Virus record (IMG/VR): IMGVR_UViG_3300021960_000064
Source of the DNA: an uncultured virus (IMG/VR IMGVR_UViG_3300021960_000064)
Lineage: Duplodnaviria; Heunggongvirae; Uroviricota; Caudoviricetes
Strand: one strand, 5' to 3'
Length of the DNA stretch: 64,000 nt
The position numbers and the translations under genes are program-made. A model generated the notes under the pieces. The model was not told the origin of the DNA. It did not search any database and worked only from the letters and a program-made list of their open reading frames with translations. Below are positions 16,440-24,916 of this stretch, piece by piece. Each line of letters opens with the position of its first letter. Positions within the stretch are counted from its first letter, which is position 1.

Positions 16440-16696
16440 TATATAGGGAACTCTGGAGAGGTCTATGTCCTCATTAAAATCCAACACATGTTTTATCTCG
16501 ACTACACCACGAACCACCCACCACGTACCCTATTACCTCTTCTTAGCCAATAGGTCGCTAATAGCCTAGCCAATAACCATAATAGAAGGAGTAGTGGAGA
16601 GTCTTCAGTCCTTATGCCCTATTGGCATATTGGCTAAAGTGCTTGAAAATTGAAAAAAGATTTATAGTTTTTCCAGATTACTATAATAGAAATGGG

Positions 16697-17020
16697 TTAT
16701 TGAGCTTTAATATACCACGCTGGTAAGTCGTCAGTAGATATTTGAAGGACTTTTTCTTCATCAATAGTGTTAATAACTATCACCGAGGCAACGTCCACTT
16801 CTAAAGGTTCTTCTTGCTCGTTATCATTTAAAAGGTCAAATTCCCATTCGTTATATTCACCCCAAAACCTATCCTCAGCCACTATGGCTTGTTCCATGAG
16901 TTCGTGGCTACCTGTATATAATAGTTCTTTAGTGCCTAGTAGCTCTGTGACTTTTGCGGTAATAAGTTCACTGTCGTTCACCTCATTACCATTTATTACT
17001 TCTAGTTTAAACCAAATCAT
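16697..17020 (-). CDS. Hypothetical acidic protein
   Basis: 107 aa, coupled to upstream gene. Confidence 0.6.
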   Translation of the reverse strand: MIWFKLEVINGNEVNDSELITAKVTELLGTKELLYTGSHELMEQAIVAEDRFWGEYNEWEFDLLNDNEQEEPLEVDVASVIVINTIDEEKVLQISTDDLPAWYIKAQ

Positions 17021-17292
17021 GACATGTTCTGGTGTCTGAATACATACGCTTGGTGTTCATCAGCATAGGTATAGTGGCAGATAAATATATACTCGTCAGT
17101 CATAAAGGTATATAAATGAATACCGTTTACGTCGCCATGGTCTTTGAAGTTATGTTGTTTCATCTTAGCTTCATCAGACAGTATAGCGTTCACAACTACC
17201 GCAATATCTGCAGAGTCATCCATGGCTTCATCAACATAGTCGTCGTGAGATTCCCACGTAAACCAGTCACCAAATTTAATTTTATTGTTCAT
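17017..17292 (-). CDS. Hypothetical protein (likely start MNNKIKFG)
   Basis: AAGGAG RBS and promoter directly upstream of ATG 17292. Confidence 0.65.
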   Translation of the reverse strand: MNNKIKFGDWFTWESHDDYVDEAMDDSADIAVVVNAILSDEAKMKQHNFKDHGDVNGIHLYTFMTDEYIFICHYTYADEHQAYVFRHQNMS

Positions 17293-17325
17293 AACTTTTA
17301 CTCCTTTATAATTAGTTATATAACT

Positions 17326-17354
17326 ATTATAAAAAACATCAAAAGGATGGTATA
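17326..17354 (-). promoter_or_regulatory. sigma70-like promoter with GATG at spacer position 9-12
   Basis: TATACC-atccttttGATGttttt-TATAAT. Confidence 0.6.
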
Positions 17355-17356
17355 GG

Positions 17357-17605
17357 TTAGTCATATATTAAGGAAGCAAGAGTTTTATTATTGTAGTGAC
17401 TATCAATAACATGAATATCAAAATCAAGTATAGGTAGCCACACATCATTAATAATATGAAAAGACTCGGCGAAATCATTAAACGCATTTTCTTTAGAACC
17501 GTGGTCGTCAACAATTCCCATAACAGGCTCATCAGGGTAGCCACGATGCCACCTAAAATCTTCAGGGTTACCATGTTTACGCTTACTCTTTATAAAGTAC
17601 CTCAT
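17357..17605 (-). CDS. Hypothetical protein
   Basis: 82 aa ORF, coupled to upstream gene. Confidence 0.55.
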   Translation of the reverse strand: MRYFIKSKRKHGNPEDFRWHRGYPDEPVMGIVDDHGSKENAFNDFAESFHIINDVWLPILDFDIHVIDSHYNNKTLASLIYD

Positions 17606-17775
17606 AGAACAGTTTGGTCCCAGCCGTCACGCAGTTCTTGTTGCCACATACTAAGCTCGTACACAGCGTTTATCTTGTACATATTATTAGCGAACTCATC
17701 AAAGGTCTCGGCACCTTCTAGAGCAAGCTCAGCGTCTGATTCAAATTGTATTACTAAGTCTTTTAATCTACTCAT
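17602..17775 (-). CDS. Hypothetical protein (57 aa, MSRLKDLVIQFESDAE...), absent from ORF track
   Basis: ATG 17775 with GAGG RBS; TGA overlaps next ATG. Confidence 0.55.
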   Translation of the reverse strand: MSRLKDLVIQFESDAELALEGAETFDEFANNMYKINAVYELSMWQQELRDGWDQTVL

Positions 17776-17938
17776 CTTTTTCCTCGGTTACTGATTCTAC
17801 TTCTACTGAAGTTGATATAGGACTATCGGCACACCAACCATAAACTTCGCCATGTTGTTCAGCGTGTTCTTCATTCTCAGCCTCTACAGTTATGTAGTGC
17901 GTATTAGTGACTATTACTTTTACTTCATACTTTTTCAC
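17768..17938 (-). CDS. Hypothetical protein (56 aa, MKKYEVKVIV...VEAENEEHA), absent from ORF track
   Basis: GTG overlapping the upstream TGA; 'Y.V......V.A.S/N.E.A' motif also in 23233..23544. Confidence 0.55.
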   Translation of the reverse strand: MKKYEVKVIVTNTHYITVEAENEEHAEQHGEVYGWCADSPISTSVEVESVTEEKDE

Positions 17939-18135
17939 ATTAGCCCCTCTAATAAATCACCATAACCCACGGAGTCAGCACCCCACATATCGGCAGCTAA
18001 TTCTTTATAGATTTTTTGGTGTTCTTTATTACCTGCGAGGCTGGTTACTACCTCCTCGCTACCGTCTTCACGTTCTATAATTAAGAACCTAGTGCCACGG
18101 TCAATAGAAAATACTTCATACTTAGTTATACTCAT
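17935..18135 (-). CDS. Hypothetical protein
   Basis: 66 aa coupled ORF. Confidence 0.55.
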   Translation of the reverse strand: MSITKYEVFSIDRGTRFLIIEREDGSEEVVTSLAGNKEHQKIYKELAADMWGADSVGYGDLLEGLM

Positions 18136-18386
18136 GGCGTTACCCTCAATATAATAGGTTTAGCACCTAAGTCTACTTTAATATAGGTCATAGGTAGTTC
18201 GCCGATACCGTCAACTTCTTCAAAGCGTTCACACTCGTAAACCTTAGAAAATGACGTAGTACCCGAACCCATAATTCTCCAAGGCATATCCTCTAGAGCG
18301 TCAACGTTCTTACATATTTGAACGTCGCTACCTTTACCGAATATATCCTTGAAGTTAGTTTTTGAATACGTAATTGTATTACTCAT
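18132..18386 (-). CDS. Hypothetical protein
   Basis: 84 aa; AAGGAG RBS; promoter at 18414-18442. Confidence 0.65.
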   Translation of the reverse strand: MSNTITYSKTNFKDIFGKGSDVQICKNVDALEDMPWRIMGSGTTSFSKVYECERFEEVDGIGELPMTYIKVDLGAKPIILRVTP

Positions 18387-18413
18387 AATTTACTCCTTTT
18401 AAGTTATATATAA

Positions 18414-18442
18414 ATAATAGGTATGATCATTTTCCGTGTAAA
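18414..18442 (-). promoter_or_regulatory. sigma70-like promoter with GATC at spacer position 9-12
   Basis: gactATCc-TTTACA-cggaaaatGATCatacc-TATTAT. Confidence 0.8.
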
Positions 18443-18453
18443 GGATAGTCATT

Positions 18454-18541
18454 AAAATATTTTAAAACGGTCAGACCGTTTGATGTAAAGGGGTAAAGGG
18501 TAGGTAGGGCTAGTTTAATCAACGCCTTAAAAACGCTCACA
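18454..18541. repeat. Dispersed non-coding element, copy 1 (GGGGTAAAGGGTAGG core)
   Basis: Shares core and flanks with 27002..27088. Confidence 0.7.
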
Positions 18542-18560
18542 TTAAGCCCTATATAACCGA

Positions 18561-18752
18561 TCATAACTTACCTTTATAGGAAGCCTTACGCCTTTTAGCA
18601 AGAACTGAGTCGTAACCTTGATCATAATCATGACCATAAGGTCCGTAAAAGTCTGAACCGTTTTTACGTTCGCGACCGTTAGTCGCATCTCTTACTCCGT
18701 AAGCAAAAGCGTTTTCTGCCTGTTGCTCTGGAGTGGGTTTATCATACATCAT
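18561..18752 (-). CDS. Hypothetical protein
   Basis: 63 aa; GGAGG RBS. Confidence 0.55.
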   Translation of the reverse strand: MMYDKPTPEQQAENAFAYGVRDATNGRERKNGSDFYGPYGHDYDQGYDSVLAKRRKASYKGKL

Positions 18753-18754
18753 AG

Positions 18755-18955
18755 CTACCTCCCGATAGTTTTAGTATCTTCTAAAGTTATATATTGGTAC
18801 GCTCCCTTATTATAAATGGGGGCGACCTGTTTCTTACGCACTTCTGCTAGGCGTTGAGCCACCTCATCACCACAAGCGAGACACGTGCGATACCCCAACT
18901 TATAACGGTTGGGGTGTATAGGTTCTTCACACTTTTTACAATAATGATGGGTCAC
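18755..18955 (-). CDS. Small zinc-finger protein
   Basis: CKKC...CLAC, 'APIYNKGAYQYI'. Confidence 0.6.
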   Translation of the reverse strand: MTHHYCKKCEEPIHPNRYKLGYRTCLACGDEVAQRLAEVRKKQVAPIYNKGAYQYITLEDTKTIGR

Positions 18956-19274
18956 TATAATTATGTACTCCTACGCCCATAAAGAACATTTTTGCGGTTT
19001 CTCGTTTAATAAGCTCACCATTGTGCATAACGTTTATCGCCTCGTGTTTATTAGCACTTTCTAAACAGTCAGCACAAAACACTGATTCTTTATTAATACC
19101 TGGGAACTCACTGTTAGTCATAGTTACTAACCATGTATCTAAGGGTAGTGAGCGGTGGCGTTTAACACCGCTAAATTGATTTTGACCTAGTGCTTGACAA
19201 CCGTCACAATAGTCAACATACCGACCAGCAGTAGTAATAGTTACTACTGCGTTATTTACTACGTCGTCACTCAT
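18936..19274 (-). CDS. Hypothetical protein with two CxxC motifs
   Basis: CDGC...CADC. Confidence 0.55.
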   Translation of the reverse strand: MSDDVVNNAVVTITTAGRYVDYCDGCQALGQNQFSGVKRHRSLPLDTWLVTMTNSEFPGINKESVFCADCLESANKHEAINVMHNGELIKRETAKMFFMGVGVHNYSDPSLL

Positions 19275-19531
19275 GACCTTTTACCTAGTTTATATTCAAG
19301 CACGGTAGGGGCATTATTAAACTCATCCCATAGTTCTTGACCTATATCGTCATAGTTTACAACAGCTTTACTATTACAGCGAGTAACGTACTCACCCCCT
19401 ACTTGATTACGCCCTAACCTAGAATGGTTTAACGCCTTACGAGTATGGACATAGAGTCCGTCAGTTTTTAAAGTTAGAAAAAGATTATTTTCTAACTGCC
19501 TAGTACCAATAGTTTTAATTAATTGATCCAT
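19271..19531 (-). CDS. Hypothetical protein
   Basis: 86 aa; GGAG RBS; promoter at 19577-19605. Confidence 0.6.
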   Translation of the reverse strand: MDQLIKTIGTRQLENNLFLTLKTDGLYVHTRKALNHSRLGRNQVGGEYVTRCNSKAVVNYDDIGQELWDEFNNAPTVLEYKLGKRS

Positions 19532-19576
19532 AATACATCTCCAATAAAAGTTATTAACAATTTAATAACTACTTAA

Positions 19577-19605
19577 ATAATATTAATGATGCTTATGAGT
19601 GTAAA
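19577..19605 (-). promoter_or_regulatory. sigma70-like promoter with CATC at spacer position 9-12
   Basis: gattATCc-TTTACA-ctcataagCATCattaa-TATTAT. Confidence 0.8.
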
Positions 19606-19624
19606 GGATAATCATAAATGACTT

Positions 19625-20014
19625 TTATAAGCCATGTTCGTCGTAATATTCAGCAGGACCAGTAACTCCGTTTTCTGATTCTTCAGAGTCAGCATTAAAA
19701 TAAATATGATCTTCATCAGCAGAGTCGACTTGGTCAGGATATTCATTATTACTTACTACTTTTTCTGACCTGAATATATCCGCCATGTGGGTAAACTCAG
19801 ACTTAGCAGTATCACCATAATAATAATGAACTATATAAGCATATTCTTCATCTTCAGCCACCATAATACCTATACCATTTATACCACCTAACTCCTTGAA
19901 GCGTTCTATATTGTTGTTAACTATAGTAGCTATAGATACACCATCGTCCATTGATTGGTAAATATCGTTAGGTATTTCCTCCCAACAGATAAATAATTTA
20001 TTTAACGATTTCAT
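19625..20014 (-). CDS. Hypothetical acidic protein
   Basis: 129 aa, D/E rich. Confidence 0.6.
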   Translation of the reverse strand: MKSLNKLFICWEEIPNDIYQSMDDGVSIATIVNNNIERFKELGGINGIGIMVAEDEEYAYIVHYYYGDTAKSEFTHMADIFRSEKVVSNNEYPDQVDSADEDHIYFNADSEESENGVTGPAEYYDEHGL

Positions 20015-20211
20015 ATTGAATCTGGAAACGGCTTCCAGTAATCGGTGAGTATTGATTTTTTAGTTACGCCATTAGACATAACGCAAGGTTCACAAGGGTC
20101 ACCATTCATTAAGGGTTTATTACTAACAGTGACACAATAACATTCTTTACAACGTTTTTTAAATTTATAATCAGGCACGTTACGGTCTTGAACATATTTT
20201 AATTTACGCAT
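20011..20211 (-). CDS. Small Cys-rich hypothetical protein
   Basis: CKEC..CEPC; AGGAGG RBS. Confidence 0.6.
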   Translation of the reverse strand: MRKLKYVQDRNVPDYKFKKRCKECYCVTVSNKPLMNGDPCEPCVMSNGVTKKSILTDYWKPFPDSI

Positions 20212-20245
20212 TTTATTCCTCCTTAGTTATTTATTTACTATATAA

Positions 20246-20274
20246 ATAATAAGGTTGATGTTAGTGAGTGTAAA
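20246..20274 (-). promoter_or_regulatory. sigma70-like promoter with CATC at spacer position 9-12
   Basis: gactATCc-TTTACA-ctcactaaCATCaacct-TATTAT. Confidence 0.8.
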
Positions 20275-20370
20275 GGATAGTCACATAGGGTGATTATCGT
20301 CAGACATAAACCAAGCAATGAATAGTAGCACAGCTATAATCAAGATGATGGTGTTAATAAGTTGTCCCAT

Positions 20371-20820
20371 TTATTTTTTCCTATCGGTAGTGTGTGGTTT
20401 AGAAACTACTCGGTCACGCAAACCACTGGTGCTGAAACTATGATTTCTAGAGGTGAAGTAAATTTCTCCAGACTCCCTACTTATCTCCATACCTGTAAAC
20501 CCACGGTCTCTGTAGTCATCCCCTACGAATCTTATATCTATATGGGTGGACTCTAATAAATCACAGAGACTCAGTTCGGTATCATAAGGCAGTATTTCAT
20601 CTACATACTTTATGGCTTGTAATTGTACATACCGTTCATACATGGATTGTACAGGTTGGTTCTTTTTCTTTCGATCTATAGTCGGGTCAGTCTGTAGACC
20701 CACAATAAGGTGGTCACAGTTTTCTTTAGCTTCTTTAAGCATAACAATATGACCAGCGTGTAGTAAATCAAACGCACCACAGGTAAATCCTATCTTAGCT
20801 ATCTTTTTTGAATAATCCAT
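20371..20820 (-). CDS. Cytidylyltransferase (glycerol-3-phosphate cytidylyltransferase/TagD-like)
   Basis: 'GFTCGAFDLLHAGH' HxGH motif, 'IVGLQTD', 'R.HSFSTS.LR'. Confidence 0.85.
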   Translation of the reverse strand: MDYSKKIAKIGFTCGAFDLLHAGHIVMLKEAKENCDHLIVGLQTDPTIDRKKKNQPVQSMYERYVQLQAIKYVDEILPYDTELSLCDLLESTHIDIRFVGDDYRDRGFTGMEISRESGEIYFTSRNHSFSTSGLRDRVVSKPHTTDRKK

Positions 20821-21121
20821 TTTCTAGTGTACCTGTACGGTCTTTGATTTCTTCATATGCTGCTAATAGACACTCGTCAAGAGTTAAATCTTTTTGTTTA
20901 GCTAATACAATCAGGCACACGAGACAATCACCAATACCGTCTTTTAGTGACCACATATCATCATATGCTAAAGCCTTAGCAGTTTCACCTACTTCTTCAA
21001 CTAGCTTGAGCATCTGCATTTCTGGTCTAACGTCGGCGGTCAATAAACCACGCATTCTAGCCCACTCTTCAATTTGAAAAACTAACGTACCCATTAATAA
21101 TTGATTATTTTCTAAGCTCAT
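20795..21121 (-). CDS. MazG-like nucleotide pyrophosphohydrolase
   Basis: 'KLVEEVGE...KDGIGD...ECL..AY.EIKDR'. Confidence 0.85.
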   Translation of the reverse strand: MSLENNQLLMGTLVFQIEEWARMRGLLTADVRPEMQMLKLVEEVGETAKALAYDDMWSLKDGIGDCLVCLIVLAKQKDLTLDECLLAAYEEIKDRTGTLENGLFKKDS

Positions 21122-21327
21122 TTGAGTTTACTCCTGTTACTTTTATTCATTTCATTAAAACGATTTAATATCTCGGCTTGTTTACCGCATTGTTCATAGT
21201 CTAGAGGGTCTTTAAAAGCTATACAAATACCATTACCTTCTACTGCTGTCCAGCTTTCAGTGTCATCATTGTATATCCAGTTAAGCCTACGATTTCTAGC
21301 GTAAATACTATCTGCTGTATGTGTCAT
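21118..21327 (-). CDS. Hypothetical protein
   Basis: 69 aa coupled ORF. Confidence 0.5.
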   Translation of the reverse strand: MTHTADSIYARNRRLNWIYNDDTESWTAVEGNGICIAFKDPLDYEQCGKQAEILNRFNEMNKSNRSKLK

Positions 21328-21530
21328 AGACTCTCCAGTATTTCTGTATGAGGTTTTTTGCGTTTATCGCTATACTCATACTCAACTCTATTCTTGTAGC
21401 CTTTGTGCCTAATAACATTTGGCTTACCTATTTCTTCCCTTTGCCAACCTATGCTCGTAAGAGTATTATCTTCTTTCTCTTGTTTTAGCTTTTGGTTTTG
21501 CTCTTCAACTTTATCTTTATACTGTGTCAT
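21324..21530 (-). CDS. Hypothetical protein
   Basis: 68 aa coupled ORF. Confidence 0.5.
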   Translation of the reverse strand: MTQYKDKVEEQNQKLKQEKEDNTLTSIGWQREEIGKPNVIRHKGYKNRVEYEYSDKRKKPHTEILESL

Positions 21531-21934
21531 GAATGTAACCCCTCTAATATATCTACAACAAGTTTAGGTTCTTGCCTTGTACCTTCTGGTATAAATCTAA
21601 CTAACTCGTCTTCTACCCTTTTTATATCTAGGGTAGTACCTGTAGTATCACCTTCTTGGTCATACCCAGCTATAACGGACTTACCCACGTAAAACTGGTG
21701 TTTACCAGCGTAATAACGGTCGTCAATACTTACCCAATGAAATAATCTTTGGGGGTCACGAAACAAACCGTCGTCATCTAGTATTAACATATTCTCGTCA
21801 TCTAGATTTACAATAGTTATAATAGAACAATCCATAAACTTTTTACACTCGTCTATAAAGTTCTCGCTATCATACTCATCTCCCCTGATTTTTTCTTTAT
21901 AAGGGTCAATAGTAATTACTCTTAATTTACTCAT
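21527..21934 (-). CDS. Hypothetical protein (DUF3846-like)
   Basis: 'IDP...LDDDGL....G..VI.G.D.EGD' pattern; AGGAGG RBS. Confidence 0.55.
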   Translation of the reverse strand: MSKLRVITIDPYKEKIRGDEYDSENFIDECKKFMDCSIITIVNLDDENMLILDDDGLFRDPQRLFHWVSIDDRYYAGKHQFYVGKSVIAGYDQEGDTTGTTLDIKRVEDELVRFIPEGTRQEPKLVVDILEGLHS

Positions 21935-21968
21935 ACTTGCCTCCTACGGCTTTTATTATTAAAAATTA

Positions 21969-21997
21969 ATAGTAGGTTTGATGTTTTATAATGTAAA
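21969..21997 (-). promoter_or_regulatory. sigma70-like promoter with CATC at spacer position 9-12
   Basis: gagtATGc-TTTACA-ttataaaaCATCaaacc-TACTAT. Confidence 0.8.
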
Positions 21998-22039
21998 GCA
22001 TACTCAGGGGCGTCATTACCCCCGAGTCTGCAAAGGTAG

Positions 22040-22312
22040 TCAAACAATCTCAAGAGTCTTGACACGTTCAATGTCATATTTGAGATCTGTCATGGTATAC
22101 AACCCAGTAGCTATCGCTTCTTTGATTGTTTTACCACTCACTGCTTTAACACGCTCATTGTTGCTTTCAGCAGTTACTTTTTTCCCAGTCGCTTTGACTA
22201 CAGCTTCTGGGTCGTATTTGCCAAACTTCACTTTTGGTGTTACTTTGGCAACCGCACTTTGTTTCTTAGCAGAAACAAGTGAAGGTTTTTTAAGGGCTGT
22301 TGTTTTAGCCAT
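22040..22312 (-). CDS. Small basic protein, distant paralog 3 of the N.R.K...DLxYD family
   Basis: 'NNERVKAVSGKT..EA...G.....DLKYDI'; own promoter (22363-22391) and downstream hairpin (22002-22027). Confidence 0.7.
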   Translation of the reverse strand: MAKTTALKKPSLVSAKKQSAVAKVTPKVKFGKYDPEAVVKATGKKVTAESNNERVKAVSGKTIKEAIATGLYTMTDLKYDIERVKTLEIV

Positions 22313-22404
22313 AATATACTCCCGTGTATACTAACTAGTTTACGAAATTATAAACTATATATAGGGTATATACGCTCAGTATAAATGTAAAGGATAATCA
22401 GAAA

Positions 22405-22740
22405 TTATTTTTTGTTGTTTAAATCTCTAGCATGCCACATTTGCATCAAGCCATCACGGACTTTTTTGTTTTCATGTTCTCTGCATTTTTGTGCGTTGAC
22501 TTCTTCAAAGATTTCGGCTTTAGCTATAATGTCTTGCGGTATGCCATAATCTTCTATACGTAAAACATCTCTAAGACCTTCTACCATACCTCTAGGACCA
22601 GCAGAAACATCACCTTCCGCATAGGGTGAGTGATACATTTCTTCTTTACAGTCGTCACAAAATTTATAGCGATTAGTTTCTGCACCGCAGATAGCACAGG
22701 TAGGATATTTTTTAGCAGGCATCCTTAACTCTAAGACCAC
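22405..22740 (-). CDS. Hypothetical protein with N-terminal zinc finger
   Basis: CAIC...CDDC. Confidence 0.55.
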   Translation of the reverse strand: MVLELRMPAKKYPTCAICGAETNRYKFCDDCKEEMYHSPYAEGDVSAGPRGMVEGLRDVLRIEDYGIPQDIIAKAEIFEEVNAQKCREHENKKVRDGLMQMWHARDLNNKK

Positions 22741-23000
22741 AGTCCTCGCACTCTAGCACAGAGTCAAGCGTGCCATCTTTATTAATAGTATAAGAATTAG
22801 AAAATTTATGACAATTAAATTCATCTTCTTTAGCATGGGCATACCCACAATGAGTACAAGTACTTCCTAATTCTGTAGTCATGATTCTTCCTCAGAACAA
22901 TCAGGGCAAGGTTGTTTGTTAGACCAAAGCCACGTTTCTTGTTCTTCATCTCTACGCAGATCAACTGTAAAACCTGAGCCATAACATTTAGTACACTCGC

Positions 23001-23204
23001 TCATGACTCTAGTAGTTTATCTACAGCTTCTTTATACATATCGCCTATACTAAGTGCGAATTTAATATTGCTTAACGCACCAGATATCATGCCACCACGC
23101 ATAAGGTCAGTTTCTTTTTCTAGTAGTTCTTGTACAGCTTTTTCTATTACTCTCATAGACTCTTCAACGTCTTGAGATATTTTTTTATTACCTGTTTCTA
23201 ACAT
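23001..23204 (-). CDS. Hypothetical protein
   Basis: 67 aa; AAGGAG RBS. Confidence 0.55.
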   Translation of the reverse strand: MLETGNKKISQDVEESMRVIEKAVQELLEKETDLMRGGMISGALSNIKFALSIGDMYKEAVDKLLES

Positions 23205-23232
23205 AAGTTACTCCTTTTTAGTTATAAATTAA

Positions 23233-23544
23233 TTATAAACCTGATGGGTTAGAATCGCTAATATCGTCGTAGTTACAGGTTTTAACGTCATAGACGTCTA
23301 CATGGCGTGTAACAAGATCGTTAGGGTCAATATCTGTAGTGGTGTAGACTACGTTGCTTTGAATTTCTTCAAGGGTAACTCGTTTCTCCACACGTTCAAA
23401 CTGACCAGCGTTGGCTTTACGCAAAGCCTGCTCAGGTGAGTTAGCACGGACAGGATACAAGTCTACTTGAATCAAAGTAAGAGGTACATAGTATGTCTTC
23501 AAGTTAGTGTTTTCGCTTACGAGTGTGAGTTTTGGTTTCTTCAT
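23233..23544 (-). CDS. Hypothetical protein
   Basis: 103 aa; AAGGA RBS; preceded by structured element. Confidence 0.6.
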   Translation of the reverse strand: MKKPKLTLVSENTNLKTYYVPLTLIQVDLYPVRANSPEQALRKANAGQFERVEKRVTLEEIQSNVVYTTTDIDPNDLVTRHVDVYDVKTCNYDDISDSNPSGL

Positions 23545-23568
23545 GTTTATTCCTTATGTAAAATTAAG

Positions 23569-23642
23569 TGCCTAGTGTGATAGTGAAGTTACTGGAGGAC
23601 AATAGTCGGACCTTCACTACCTCTTGCCAGTATCACTAGGCA
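23569..23642 (-). ncRNA. Structured RNA motif, copy A
   Basis: UGCCUAGUG/CACUAGGCA and GGUAGUGAAG/CUUCACUAUC stems, UGUCCUCCAGU loop; second copy at 39387..39455. Confidence 0.65.
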
Positions 23643-23794
23643 AATACTGTTTAACTTGCCGACTTTGCCAAACAAAATAGGTAGGTAGTCAAGCTAATAA
23701 ACGGAAAAACTTTCTAGGGGGGAAGTTTAACCCTTAACTACCTATTTATATTAAGCCTTAAATCTTAAAAGAAATAAAGGACAGTGGGGTAAAT

Positions 23795-23990
23795 AAAATA
23801 AAAGTCGTGGCGAGGATTTGGTGGCATTTATTTAGTCCTCATTAAGCAGTCGTGTCGACATTACCATACTGCACCACTAAGTTAAACTGCGTTTTATGGC
23901 GACTTGAGTTTCACACTTAGCCACTTATGGATTCTTCACCTCTTACAAAGTAGCGTTTTCCTTCTCGGCGACTTTCGGCTTACGCTTAAC
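23795..23990 (-). ncRNA. Candidate ~190-nt non-coding RNA
   Basis: AAAGUCG/CGACUUU terminal stem followed by U-rich tail, internal stems with G-U pairs, TTTACA box upstream, no ORF. Confidence 0.45.
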
Positions 23991-24036
23991 CTAGTAGTAT
24001 TAAGCCTACCATCGTAAATATTGTAAAGCATGGTGT

Positions 24037-24744
24037 TTACTCAAAGTTACCCATGAGCCAAAATACAAGCAAGTATCTATCCCCTTCTTCAACAGGTAGT
24101 CCACGATGCATGTGGCTAAAACTAGGAAACATTAAAGCTGTACCGCTGGGTAAGGGGTCTACAATCCCTTTACGGTGAAACTCAGTTCCTCCACCTTTAT
24201 ACCCACTAGTATTCAGAGGCACCACAACACTAAGATCTGCAGACGTATCATGATGCCAAGCACCCTGTTGTTTTTTGGCTATGTTATAGTTAGCCAACTG
24301 TATACTCCCAGGACGCACGGAGTATCTTTGCCACAACGCCATAAATGCAGGGTTGAGGTAGTTAAGAGCTACTGACCACAGATTATCAAATAAGGGTGGG
24401 CAGTTATCGTGAAGAGTGATTTCTGGTATTTGACGTAAAAAATCTTCGTCAGAGTTAGGTTCAAAACCAAGATAATGTTCCATGTGTTCTATTTCATCTA
24501 ACATCATAGTGCAAAACTCTTGAGTAAATAAAGGCATCGTAAAAACATCTGGTAATACTTCTGTTACATATTCTTGTATAGGTGTAATGAGATCTTTTTG
24601 TCCTTCGTGTATTTCGTATTGTTCAATATCATTCTCGGAGTCTTGTACAAGGGCGAGGGTAGTTTTATCCACGAGCCACTCTCCCTGAACGCCTAGAAGC
24701 GAGTTTTTTAACCGATAAGGCATTATTTGTTTGATGTTTGACAT
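24037..24744 (-). CDS. 2OG-Fe(II) oxygenase (prolyl/lysyl-hydroxylase-like)
   Basis: 'WHHD...GGGTEF...HMHRGLPV..GDRY' HxD..H..R triad. Confidence 0.85.
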   Translation of the reverse strand: MSNIKQIMPYRLKNSLLGVQGEWLVDKTTLALVQDSENDIEQYEIHEGQKDLITPIQEYVTEVLPDVFTMPLFTQEFCTMMLDEIEHMEHYLGFEPNSDEDFLRQIPEITLHDNCPPLFDNLWSVALNYLNPAFMALWQRYSVRPGSIQLANYNIAKKQQGAWHHDTSADLSVVVPLNTSGYKGGGTEFHRKGIVDPLPSGTALMFPSFSHMHRGLPVEEGDRYLLVFWLMGNFE

Positions 24745-24916
24745 TATTTTTTCTTCCGTTTAGCTAGTCTTTCTTGTTTCTTTTTACTGGGTCTGTTAAC
24801 AGCGAACCCCATAATTTTGCCAGAATGTAGTGCTTTACTGGCAGCTGATCTTATTTCTGGGTATTCAGCTTCTACTGCGTTATCCATATAAAAAATCATC
24901 TCAACTACGTCTTTTG

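Noticed and set aside
16308..16553. ORFs 16308..16517 (-) and 16344..16553 (+)
   Set aside because: They overlap the repeat-built TA-free block 3 and have no convincing RBS or protein features.
23569..23642. HDV-like/theta or hammerhead ribozyme
   Set aside because: The UCCUC loop is reminiscent of HDV L3, but the P1'/GG/J4-2 order is missing; no CUGAUGA/GAAA core.
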